Shown here in pieces: positions 10,989-20,100 of a stretch of DNA of 64,000 nt. The translations under genes were made by a program, and so were the position numbers. Within the stretch, counting starts at the first letter, position 1; each line of letters starts with the position of its first letter. A model generated the notes under the pieces. The model saw only the letters and a list, made by a program, of their open reading frames with translations, had not been told where the DNA came from and searched no databases. This stretch comes from an uncultured archaeon (GTDB taxonomy: Archaea; Asgardarchaeota; Heimdallarchaeia; Heimdallarchaeales; Heimdallarchaeaceae), in NCBI GenBank assembly GCA_964534625.1, contig CAZHRF010000007.1, positions 32,120 to 96,119 on the forward strand, read 5' to 3'.

Positions 10989-11216
10989 ATGACGTACACA
11001 GCATATGATGGATTGATAACCAGTAGTGGATGGTTAACTTTTTGGCTTGTTTTGTTTTCTATATTAACTATAGCTGCATTAACCTGGTTCTTTCTTTACG
11101 TTGAGCAGTCTCAAAATAAAAGCAAAAAAACTACGACCTTAATTATAGTAATTAATGCCTTAATAATAGCATTCGAATTACAACTCATCTTCCTACGTAT
11201 TAATGTAATTTATTAG
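10989..11216 (+). CDS. Small 2-TM protein resembling oligosaccharyltransferase subunit OST5/TMEM258
   Basis: 75 aa, two TM helices with a basic loop; WFFLY and the C-terminal aliphatic/aromatic end match the TMEM258 pattern as recalled. Confidence 0.65.
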   Translation: MTYTAYDGLITSSGWLTFWLVLFSILTIAALTWFFLYVEQSQNKSKKTTTLIIVINALIIAFELQLIFLRINVIY

Positions 11217-11391
11217 TCTATACTGAGTTTTTGAATATGCTTGATACGATAAGGTTAAACCACTTTTACCTCTTTTATCACCTTTTATTGTACCTTATCT
11301 CTTTTGAAGATGTTATAAGAAATTCTTAGATAGAGTAACTTTATACATAATTACAGAAACATTAAAAACGAAGAAACTAAAAAGTGTTTTA

Positions 11392-12249
11392 ATGGACATC
11401 TCTCAATACCTTCAATATTTAACCGTTGATGATATCCTTTCTTATTTTCCTCGTGCTTATGATACAGAGGCTATTGGGTCGGAGATTTCAGCTGAAGCTC
11501 TTGTCAAATTGAATGAACTTGCAAAAGACGATAATTTTTCTTCCACAAAGCTAAGGCGTATCTGGGTACATGCCATTCGAGAGATGTTTTTTCAAGAGTT
11601 TCAGAAAATATTCATATTCAAACCCACTAAAAAATTTGAAAGTACAAATGGTATAAAATCCGCAATCACTTCAAGTTTGAATGAATTGAAAACAGAAATC
11701 ATAACCATGGCGCCTAAAATATATGTTTCAAAAATTGAGGATAAACCATTACGTTTTACAGCTGCTATATGTCTGGAAGAAGTAAAAGATTTTGATGAAT
11801 TCTTAACAGTTGATATAAAAGACTTACTTATTTTAACTATTTTCCCTAAGATAGGTGTCTCTACATTACTTTCATCATGTACAAAACTTGAGCAAAAAGT
11901 GGTTTTGAAATTATTAATGCTGATCTTCAAAGACGTAAAAGAATTAAGACTCAATTCTTTGTTGCTGAGAAAATATTCTGTTTCTGAACCTATCCAAAAA
12001 TTAACTATATCTACTCCTCCTGATATTGCTGGATTTAAAGGCATAAATATGATGCAATTCATGGGGGAAAATGTAATGGAAGGATTAACAGGTTTAAAAC
12101 GCAGGCATGATGCAGATGTTGAGAAGATAACGCGAGTTGGCCCATATACAGAAATTATTTCCAACAACCTTCATTTACTAATAGGTACTGGAATTAAAAT
12201 TCTCAAGTATGATGGCATTGATCCTTTATTGCAAATATCTAAAAAATAA
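11392..12249 (+). CDS. Hypothetical protein, putative CENP-N/Chl4-like
   Basis: 285-aa ORF with TATA-like upstream sequence; by-eye similarity to CENP-N (see findings). Confidence 0.55.
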   Translation: MDISQYLQYLTVDDILSYFPRAYDTEAIGSEISAEALVKLNELAKDDNFSSTKLRRIWVHAIREMFFQEFQKIFIFKPTKKFESTNGIKSAITSSLNELKTEIITMAPKIYVSKIEDKPLRFTAAICLEEVKDFDEFLTVDIKDLLILTIFPKIGVSTLLSSCTKLEQKVVLKLLMLIFKDVKELRLNSLLLRKYSVSEPIQKLTISTPPDIAGFKGINMMQFMGENVMEGLTGLKRRHDADVEKITRVGPYTEIISNNLHLLIGTGIKILKYDGIDPLLQISKK

Positions 12250-12462
12250 TTCAAATACTTGTAATTCTTCTTTTTAATGGAATGAAAAGATGGTTGGTAG
12301 AGTATAGATTATTGTTAAACATTTTTTATCATGCTAATTTTTTTCACCAAGTGTTTTCTAAACGTCTCGGGGTACTACTCTTTGATATTTCTCTACACGA
12401 GGTTATATAGAAACAATTATAATACGAGATATCTCCATAGTCTCAGTTAAAAGGTGGAATAA

Positions 12463-13020
12463 TTGATAGAATTATTGCAAATTAGTCGAGGCGGAACGGG
12501 AGGTGTCACAGGAGCTAAAATTCTTGCAGAAGCTGCTTTATATGAAGGCATGGATAGTCAAGCTATTCCAAAATATGGTGCAGAAAGAAGAGGAGCTGCT
12601 GTTGAAGCCTACGTAAGGTTTGATGATAAACCTATCCGCATACACAGTCCGGTATACATCGCTGATCATGCTATGATTTTAGAAAAATCATTAATTGATA
12701 AACTTGATTTAGATAAAGTAAAAGATGACGGTATTATAATAGTTAATACGAAGGAATTACCCGAGAAATTGAAGAACTGTGGCAAAAAAATTGCTTACGT
12801 CAATGCCACTAAAATCGCTCAAGACTTTGGTCTTGTTGCGGGTGGTATGACTCTAGTAAGTGGAACAATTTTAGGAGCATATGCAAAAGCCACAGGGCTC
12901 GTTTCTCTTGAGAACGTTGAAAAAGCTATTATTAATTTCTTAGGCGAACGTCGCGGTAGAAAAAATGTTGAAGCTGCCAAAAAAGCATATGAAGAAACGG
13001 AGGTAATTGAAGTTGAATAA
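12463..13020 (+). CDS. porC: 2-oxoacid:ferredoxin oxidoreductase gamma subunit
   Basis: RGGxG, YGAERRGA and NATKIA motifs; AGGTGG RBS; first gene of operon. Confidence 0.9.
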   Translation: MIELLQISRGGTGGVTGAKILAEAALYEGMDSQAIPKYGAERRGAAVEAYVRFDDKPIRIHSPVYIADHAMILEKSLIDKLDLDKVKDDGIIIVNTKELPEKLKNCGKKIAYVNATKIAQDFGLVAGGMTLVSGTILGAYAKATGLVSLENVEKAIINFLGERRGRKNVEAAKKAYEETEVIEVE

Positions 13021-13300
13021 AAGTTTACAATGTCCAGAGGATAGCCCAAGTATGCCTATCCTTAAACCAATTAAAGGTACAGCTGGAAGAACTGGTGACT
13101 GGCGAACTCATCGTCCCGTTCTTGATCCAGATAAATGTATTAAGTGTAATATCTGTTGGATGTATTGCCCTGATTTAACAATAAATCCTGCAGACAAAGA
13201 TAAAGATCAAGTAATAAGTTTTGATTATGAATATTGTAAAGGATGTGGCATCTGTGCTAATGAGTGTCCTAAAGATGCCATTACAATGGTGGAGGAATAG
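13007..13300 (+). CDS. porD: 2-oxoacid:ferredoxin oxidoreductase delta subunit
   Basis: TGDWRTHRP, CIKCNICWMYCP and YCKGCGICANECP. Confidence 0.93.
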   Translation: MKLNKSLQCPEDSPSMPILKPIKGTAGRTGDWRTHRPVLDPDKCIKCNICWMYCPDLTINPADKDKDQVISFDYEYCKGCGICANECPKDAITMVEE

Positions 13301-13306
13301 ATTGCA

Positions 13307-14437
13307 ATGACAAGTACAACAAAAATGTTAACTGGAAATTTTGCTGCAGCTCAAGCTGCTGCTGACGCAAAACCCCAAGTCATAGCTGCCTACCCTATAA
13401 CCCCTCAAACCGAGCAAATTGAATATATTAGCAAATTAGTTGATGGAGGACAATTGAATTCCAAATTTATGAGGGTAGAATCTGAACATTCAGCTTTAGC
13501 AGCTGTTGCTGGTGCTGCTTGGGCTGGAGCAAGAGTGTTTACTGCAACATCAAGTCAAGGATTGTTATATATGGGCGAATGGGTTTATTGGACTGGTTAT
13601 GGTCGATTACCCGTTGTTATGCCCGTTGTGAATCGATGTTTAGCACCTGGTTGGTCAATTTGGGTGGACTTGCAAGATAGTATGGGTTTTAGAGACGCAG
13701 GATGGCTACAATATTATACAAAGAACAACCAAGAGGTATATGATACAACTCTTCAATCGTTCAAGATCTCAGAAGATAAATGTATTGCTCTGCCAAGTAT
13801 GCCCTGTTTAGATGGTTTTGTATTAAGTCATACTGCAGCTAAGGTAGAATTACCTGATCCAGAAGAAGCCTATGCTTTTGTTGGTGATTATTCTGAACCA
13901 GTTATAGAAGTTGATCCAGAGAACCCTTGGACATTCGGTTCAATTGTTATGCCCGATAAATTCAACAAAGATAGAAGGGATTTAATGGAGGCTATGGAAC
14001 GCGCTAAAACCAAAATTAAAGAAGTAAATAGAGAATTCGAGGAAACTTTTGGTAGATCTTATGGAAATGGTTTAGTTGAAAAGTATGGTGCAGAAGAAGC
14101 TGATTTAACTATTGTTGCCCTTGGTACAATGGCAGATGAAGCCCAAGAATCTATTGACAAATTAGAAGAAGAAGGAAAAAGTGTAAATTTAGTTAGAATT
14201 AGAACTTTCAGACCATTCCCAACAGAAGATATTGTAGAAATAGCTAAAAATAACCATAAATTATTGGTGTTCGATAGATCCTTATCATTTGGGCATGAGG
14301 GACATGCAAGAATCGAAATTGAATCTACATTGAAAAGAAATAATGTTGATACACCAGTCTTAGGAAAAATTTTGGGGCTTGGTGGAGAAGACGTTCCTTA
14401 TACACGAATTATGAAAATAGCGAAGGAGCACCTCTAA
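13307..14437 (+). CDS. porA: 2-oxoacid:ferredoxin oxidoreductase alpha subunit
   Basis: AYPITPQT, ESEHSA, TATSSQGL, DGFVLSH and FRPFP motifs. Confidence 0.95.
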   Translation: MTSTTKMLTGNFAAAQAAADAKPQVIAAYPITPQTEQIEYISKLVDGGQLNSKFMRVESEHSALAAVAGAAWAGARVFTATSSQGLLYMGEWVYWTGYGRLPVVMPVVNRCLAPGWSIWVDLQDSMGFRDAGWLQYYTKNNQEVYDTTLQSFKISEDKCIALPSMPCLDGFVLSHTAAKVELPDPEEAYAFVGDYSEPVIEVDPENPWTFGSIVMPDKFNKDRRDLMEAMERAKTKIKEVNREFEETFGRSYGNGLVEKYGAEEADLTIVALGTMADEAQESIDKLEEEGKSVNLVRIRTFRPFPTEDIVEIAKNNHKLLVFDRSLSFGHEGHARIEIESTLKRNNVDTPVLGKILGLGGEDVPYTRIMKIAKEHL

Positions 14438-14449
14438 GGAGTGATAAAG

Positions 14450-15346
14450 ATGACAACAAGAAATGATTTAATGAAAAACCCAAAAGAAGCTCTATTAAAA
14501 GGACATTTTGCTTGTGCCGGATGTGGAAGTGCTTTGGCGTTTAGACATGCCATGGGCGCGATAGCCGATAAGGCAGTTGTAGTTATACCTGCCTGTTGTA
14601 CATCTGTATATCAAGGATTCGGAAAAGGTGTTGCTTTTGATGTTCCAACAATTAATGTGGCATTTGCTTCATCTGACGCTGTTGCAGCAGGGATAAAGAA
14701 TGCTATGGATATGAAAGGTAAAGAAGCTCATGTAGTTGCTTGGGCAGGAGATGGTGGAACAGCAGACATTGGTATAGCCACACTTATAGGAGCTTGTGAT
14801 AGACAAGAAGATATATTGCACGTTATGTATTCTAATAATGTTTATAGTAATACAGGTGGACAACGATCCGGTGACACCCCTATTGGGGCAAAGACAACGA
14901 CTACTCCTTTTGGAAATACAACGCCTAGAAAGATGGTTCCATATATTATGATGGCCAATAACGCTAGATATGTTGCAACAGCAAGTTCTGCCTATCCTAC
15001 TGATTTAGTCGAGAAGATAAAGAAGGCTGTCTCACTAAAAGGTTTCAAATTTATACAGATAGATGCTCCATGTCCTCCTGCTTGGAAAATTGATTCCAGC
15101 AAGTCAATCACTGTTTCTAAATTAGCTATAGAAACTGGTATTTGGCCAATGTTTGAATGGGATAGTGCAACAAGTAAAGCTGTATTATCTCCAAGAGGTA
15201 AAAAATATTCAGACAAAGAGAACAGAAAACCTGTTGAGGAATGGCTCAATTTACAAGGACGTTTTAAAGGTATAACTGAAGAAAAATTAAAAGCCCTTAA
15301 AGCTGACATGGATAGACAATGGGACTTCCTTAAAAAATTCCTTTAA
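14450..15346 (+). CDS. porB: 2-oxoacid:ferredoxin oxidoreductase beta subunit (TPP-binding)
   Basis: ACAGCG, GDGGTADIG, NTGGQRS and APCP motifs; GGAGTGA RBS. Confidence 0.95.
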   Translation: MTTRNDLMKNPKEALLKGHFACAGCGSALAFRHAMGAIADKAVVVIPACCTSVYQGFGKGVAFDVPTINVAFASSDAVAAGIKNAMDMKGKEAHVVAWAGDGGTADIGIATLIGACDRQEDILHVMYSNNVYSNTGGQRSGDTPIGAKTTTTPFGNTTPRKMVPYIMMANNARYVATASSAYPTDLVEKIKKAVSLKGFKFIQIDAPCPPAWKIDSSKSITVSKLAIETGIWPMFEWDSATSKAVLSPRGKKYSDKENRKPVEEWLNLQGRFKGITEEKLKALKADMDRQWDFLKKFL

Positions 15347-15445
15347 TTTTTAAATATTATTTTTGCTTTTCTTATTTTTTTGTTTTTAATCATCATTTGA
15401 GTTACCTCCATCGATGGTCTTTAATACCCGGATAATCACATTTGA

Positions 15446-16099
15446 TTGATAGCTGTGAATGATGGAGAAGAAGCTAAAGAGATTTATAGTCTATTACTTG
15501 GTTTTATACAAAGCGCTATTAAATTGAAGAGTTTACCTAGACAGGGCTGGATAAGAGTTGGGGTACCTCTCTCTGATGTAGAAAGTGTTGCAGATCACTC
15601 TTATAATGTAGCTATGCTTTCGCTCCTTTTGACTGATTTAAACAATGTATTATATCCAGAAAGACAACTAGATTCTAATATTGTTATGCGCATAGCTATA
15701 ATTCATGATTTACCAGAATGTCAATACCAAGATTTTGATCATAGATTAAAGATACTTTTAGGGCAAGATACTTATCAGACAGTTAAAACGAAAATTTTGA
15801 CATCTGCAAGTAATGAGCTTCTCTCACTAATATTAAATGAAGATGTGCAAAAACAGTGGCGGACTATGTTTGATGATTTAAGAGAAAAAAATACAGAAGA
15901 AGCACAATTTGTATCCTTTGTTGATAAATTAGAAGTCATGGTACAGGCATTATCTTATGAAAGCTTAGGTTATGATTACAAATTATTTGATGACTTTTGG
16001 ATATCATCACAAGAATACTTGGAATCATGTCCTTATGAAGTAATTAACGATCTGGTTCTAATTTTGATACGTGAAAGAGATAATATGAAACAGAATTAG
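15446..16099 (+). CDS. HD-domain 5'-deoxynucleotidase (HDDC2/YfbR-like)
   Basis: LKxLPRQGW, ESVADHSY, IHDLPE and DKLE motifs. Confidence 0.88.
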   Translation: MIAVNDGEEAKEIYSLLLGFIQSAIKLKSLPRQGWIRVGVPLSDVESVADHSYNVAMLSLLLTDLNNVLYPERQLDSNIVMRIAIIHDLPECQYQDFDHRLKILLGQDTYQTVKTKILTSASNELLSLILNEDVQKQWRTMFDDLREKNTEEAQFVSFVDKLEVMVQALSYESLGYDYKLFDDFWISSQEYLESCPYEVINDLVLILIRERDNMKQN

Positions 16100-16226
16100 A
16101 TGTAATATACATACTATTAAATAAAAAATAATATCAAATAATAAAAACAATTAATTAGTTGTATGATATAAGCACAAACTATTAATAATTTAACGCACTA
16201 GCAAAGATTAATATTGAGGTCCATGT

Positions 16227-17405
16227 ATGAACCAAGAAAAATATCATGAGTTGAATATTTCCCCCTTTTATATACCCTTTTTAAGAGATTTGGGTATAAA
16301 AGTTGTGGCTATCATAATATTTGATCTTATGTATGGACCGATATGTTATATTAAATCATTAGCACGTTCAAATTATGGTTCTAAATTACAAGAAATTGAT
16401 TCCTTAGCTGAAATTTATGCGGGGTTTGCACGAACTTCAGTCGATGTGGTCACAGGGATGGATGAAAAAATTATCCTTGGGAGATATGTTCAGATGGATA
16501 AGGAATCAGAAAATACATCAATCCTGTTGTTTGTGACATTAGAAGATGTTGATACACAAAAATTATCCAATTATGCCCGTTCTCTGGTTGAAAGATCACG
16601 AGGGCAACCTAGTTTGTTTAATCAATCTTTAGGTTCATTGATAGAAGCGGAAAAGAAATCAGCACAAAAACTCATAATATCTAGTTCTGATAACTTTCTA
16701 AAAGGTTTAGAATTAGATGATAAATCAGTAGTGAGTGGAACGGAATTTAATAATGTTTATGGATTCTTGTTTTTAATGTACAGTAGATCAGCGATAGACG
16801 GGCGATTTTTACCTAAAATGATTTCAGGAAAAAAAGTGGACTTGGTACAACTCTCTAAATTCATTGATACACAGAAAAATGAAGTAGATTTTACCGATTC
16901 AGATCTAATAAGTTTATACTACAAGGGTTCTGAGTTATTAATTTTTCAACAAAAAATAGGCGATTTGATGATTGGTTTGAAGAAACCAAAAAGCAGAATA
17001 AATTATAATTACTTGATAGATTGGTTTCAAGCCTTTTACACCAGTTTTTTAGCCATAAAGAGTGAAACAAATCCAGAATCTGTTGTGAAAACCTTACAAT
17101 ATATGGATGAAATGTTTTCTAGTAAATCACCCAAATATATAGCAGCCGAATTTTTTGATTTGATGCTAAATAGTAAAATAGATCATCCGGAATTGCAGGT
17201 ACAAGCAATCACTCTCCAAAAGAAAGGCTGGATAACATTGAGAAATGAATTTAAGCTATTTTATACAAACTTGAAATACTTTAAAGGTGATTTTTCAATA
17301 GATCAAATTAGTCAACATCTCTCAGTACCGATTGCTGACGTAGCTAAATTTATAATCTTTTTGAAATCCCGTGATTTTATTTCCGTTTATAGAAAAAAGA
17401 GATGA
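16227..17405 (+). CDS. Longin/uDENN-domain protein with C-terminal winged helix (NPRL2/NPRL3-like)
   Basis: N-terminal IIIFDLMYGP longin signature; C-terminal YFKGDFSIDQISQHLSV...FLKSRDFI wHTH. Confidence 0.6.
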   Translation: MNQEKYHELNISPFYIPFLRDLGIKVVAIIIFDLMYGPICYIKSLARSNYGSKLQEIDSLAEIYAGFARTSVDVVTGMDEKIILGRYVQMDKESENTSILLFVTLEDVDTQKLSNYARSLVERSRGQPSLFNQSLGSLIEAEKKSAQKLIISSSDNFLKGLELDDKSVVSGTEFNNVYGFLFLMYSRSAIDGRFLPKMISGKKVDLVQLSKFIDTQKNEVDFTDSDLISLYYKGSELLIFQQKIGDLMIGLKKPKSRINYNYLIDWFQAFYTSFLAIKSETNPESVVKTLQYMDEMFSSKSPKYIAAEFFDLMLNSKIDHPELQVQAITLQKKGWITLRNEFKLFYTNLKYFKGDFSIDQISQHLSVPIADVAKFIIFLKSRDFISVYRKKR

Positions 17406-17479
17406 TTATTTACAATAAATATGCGAATCGTAATAATGCTTAAAAAGTAAACCAGAAGTTAATAATATACGTTTAGTTT

Positions 17480-18496
17480 ATGGAGTCTATATGTATGGTG
17501 AAGTTTGAAATAACAAAGCTCGACATTGAATACAATTATCTAAATAAATTATTGACAGATATGAGAAAACTTGCATCCTTACATATAGATGTCTTTTTTG
17601 AAGAAATGGGGATATACGAGATATTAACCCGTCCTAGGATGCCAGAAGAAATATTTCATTTGCTGAATTTTTCTACCTTAAATCAAGAATTTAATGTAAT
17701 GTTTGAGTTGCTTGCAAAAGATCATTTTATTCGTAAACAAGGAGAGTTTTACGTAGAAAATAAAATGATTAATCAGTTCCGCGAACGCACAAAACGTGAA
17801 CTAGAAAGAGAAGACGATATATTAGAACCGCTGGATCATTTTTTCGAATATTCGTTAAGATCATTTAAAGCCATATTAAATGGAGACCAAGGAAAATTAA
17901 ACGATAAAAAACTCAGATTAACTCTTGATTCACTATATGGAACAAAACTCTTTTTTCTTATTAGGCAATATCTATTCAAACAAATGAAATCACAACTCTC
18001 CGTTTTTAAAACAAAATCCAATTTGAATTTGTTGAATTGGGGTATAGGTTCGGGATATGAAGCACTACATATGGCTGATTACTATGGAGACAAAGTGTCT
18101 ATTATTAGTGTAGAACCAAATGAGGGTTTAAGACCATGTAGAGTGTTACAAGACATTTATGGAATATATAATGTGCATTTCGAAGAAAGTAAAGACCTTA
18201 CAAAAACTTTATTGAAAGACAGTGTAGACTTTTTTATTGGCAATGCAATCTTGAATATTGGAACCTTAAAAGACAATATAAAAAAGATAAAAGACATGCT
18301 AGTAGAAACAGGCTCTCTAGTAATAATAATGGACGAAAATTACACTAAATCCATAGACTGGGCACTCAGTATCCATAAAGATTACGTCATGTATCAAAGT
18401 AAAGAGGAAACCATACAAAAACTAAAACACTATGGTTTTTCAAAAGTAACTTACTTGGATTCAAATAAAGGGTTTATAGTTATAACAAAGAGTTAG
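17480..18496 (+). CDS. wHTH + class I SAM-dependent methyltransferase-like protein
   Basis: LLNWGIGSG motif I, ISVEPN, DSVDFFI and MLVETGSLVI; N-terminal wHTH-like helices. Confidence 0.6.
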   Translation: MESICMVKFEITKLDIEYNYLNKLLTDMRKLASLHIDVFFEEMGIYEILTRPRMPEEIFHLLNFSTLNQEFNVMFELLAKDHFIRKQGEFYVENKMINQFRERTKRELEREDDILEPLDHFFEYSLRSFKAILNGDQGKLNDKKLRLTLDSLYGTKLFFLIRQYLFKQMKSQLSVFKTKSNLNLLNWGIGSGYEALHMADYYGDKVSIISVEPNEGLRPCRVLQDIYGIYNVHFEESKDLTKTLLKDSVDFFIGNAILNIGTLKDNIKKIKDMLVETGSLVIIMDENYTKSIDWALSIHKDYVMYQSKEETIQKLKHYGFSKVTYLDSNKGFIVITKS

Positions 18497-18500
18497 AAAA

Positions 18501-18534
18501 ATGAACTACTCCACCCCAAGTGATGGGCATTCTG
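18501..18534 (-). mobile_element. Solo IS200/IS605 right-end relic
   Basis: Minus strand reads AGAATGCCCATCACTTGGGGTGGAGTAGTTCAT, similar to the right end of the element at 29991-30024 (AAGAAACCCCCTCCTTTAGGGTGGGATAGTTCAT). Confidence 0.6.
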
Positions 18535-18651
18535 GCTAGCTTAGGTAAAATGCTCTTTAATTAAGAATCATAAAGAAATTAAATCACTATTTTTGAATGA
18601 AATAGACATACTAAAATAATCGATATGATAGAAATTAGCTGATAATGAAAG

Positions 18652-20100
18652 ATGTATTCTCATTACCAAAACGCGTTTGAATATTGCGTGAAAGAGTTAA
18701 AGAAACATGATATATCCTATGTGATATATGAAATTAACAGTGAATTACTTGAAAAAGTGAACTTTTTTATATGGAAAAAAATGGATTTCATTTATAAATT
18801 TGCAGAAAAAACGAACTGTCATTTAGCTATTGTAGGTGGTTTTGTTCGTGATATACTTATGGAGAATCCTTCAAATGATGTGGATATTGTTCTTTTTAGT
18901 GGAAATATAGATGAATTTACATCCGATATAGCAAAAAGAATGGATGCAAAAATAGGAAAAATGAACAATAAAACTTTAACTACCCAAATTAGATTTAAGG
19001 ATGGACTAGTATTTGAATTTAACCAAATTAGAAAAGAGAAATATGACGAATTTCCATCAAGACAACCTAAAGTTGAAGAAGGCACTATTGTTGAAGATTT
19101 GAAAAGAAGAGATTTTACAATAAATACTTTTCTTATGTTTGGTACTCAATACATTGACATTTTTGGAGGAAAGGAAGATCTAGAAAAAAAAATAATAGAC
19201 ACGACACGTACGCCAGTTATTGTGTTTAAAGAAGACTACCTAAGAATGTTTAGAGCAGTAAGATTCGCTTGTAAACTGGATTTTATGATAGCAAAGAGAG
19301 TTAAAGACGGAATAAAAAAGAATGCGAAGAATCTCAAAAAGGTTCCTCATGAAAGAATAGTGGAAGAACTTAAAGAATCAGTTAGATTTAACTCAAAAAA
19401 AATGTTTAATCTACTAGTACAATTGGAGATAGTAAAAGTTCTGATCCCTGAGCTGAAAAATAAGCAATTAAATCCAAATTTGTACGTTACTAGAAAATTA
19501 TATGATAAGATAGAAAAAAAATTGCACTATATTGATAAAAGAAGCAAAAAAATAGAAGATATAATATTGATGAAGTTAACCCCTATTTTCATGGAAATAG
19601 GGCGAAAGGCAATTAATATAAAAAATGATTTGTGTCAACCCCCCAATTTAGATGCAGTTTCAAAAGTATTAAGGCGGTTTAAGTTTTCCAATGAAGAGAT
19701 TTATCAAATTTCATTACTGTCAAGAAATACATCGAGCTTCTTCTATTTTGTTACTCATGACTGCTCTTTGCTAGAAAAAAGAAAGTTTTTACTGAAAGTT
19801 GGGATCCATTTAGAAGCAATTATTACGCTTGCCAAATCAGAGAATAGATTGTTATGTGACCCCTTAGAATTAAGCCCATTAATTTCAGAGTTAAAAGATT
19901 TGAACAAAGATAGATCATTAATTGATGTAGAACCAGCATTAGACGGATTCCAAATACAAGAAATATTTAATTTCGAAGGAAAAGAAATAGGACAAGCAAA
20001 AGAATTGTTGGTTGATGCTATAATGGCAGAAAAAATTGTTAATAATGAAAAAGAGTGTATTGATTATATAAAGAAAAATGAAAAAGAGATTAAAAATTAA
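18652..20100 (+). CDS. cca: Class II tRNA nucleotidyltransferase (CCA-adding enzyme)/poly(A) polymerase family
   Basis: GGFVRD...DVD (motif A), RRDFTIN (B), EDYLRMFRAVRF (D) and ERIVEEL (E). Confidence 0.88.
   Translation: MYSHYQNAFEYCVKELKKHDISYVIYEINSELLEKVNFFIWKKMDFIYKFAEKTNCHLAIVGGFVRDILMENPSNDVDIVLFSGNIDEFTSDIAKRMDAKIGKMNNKTLTTQIRFKDGLVFEFNQIRKEKYDEFPSRQPKVEEGTIVEDLKRRDFTINTFLMFGTQYIDIFGGKEDLEKKIIDTTRTPVIVFKEDYLRMFRAVRFACKLDFMIAKRVKDGIKKNAKNLKKVPHERIVEELKESVRFNSKKMFNLLVQLEIVKVLIPELKNKQLNPNLYVTRKLYDKIEKKLHYIDKRSKKIEDIILMKLTPIFMEIGRKAINIKNDLCQPPNLDAVSKVLRRFKFSNEEIYQISLLSRNTSSFFYFVTHDCSLLEKRKFLLKVGIHLEAIITLAKSENRLLCDPLELSPLISELKDLNKDRSLIDVEPALDGFQIQEIFNFEGKEIGQAKELLVDAIMAEKIVNNEKECIDYIKKNEKEIKN

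Noticed and set aside
2924-11216. PIG-L + GH31 + dolichol kinase + OST5 as an ER-like glycosylation cluster
   Set aside because: The genes are on mixed strands, interspersed with unrelated genes, and belong to broad prokaryotic families; no evidence of co-regulation
11601-12167. 188-aa antisense ORF (also 60227-60763, 20623-21045, 25021-25392 and other nested short ORFs)
   Set aside because: Fully nested antisense to well-formed genes, with Ser/Phe/Ile-rich composition typical of reverse-frame shadows
12352-12416. Imperfect hairpin ending in ACA upstream of porC, as an H/ACA RNA
   Set aside because: Pocket-to-ACA distance is about 11 nt rather than 14-16, there is no K-turn, and pairing is weak
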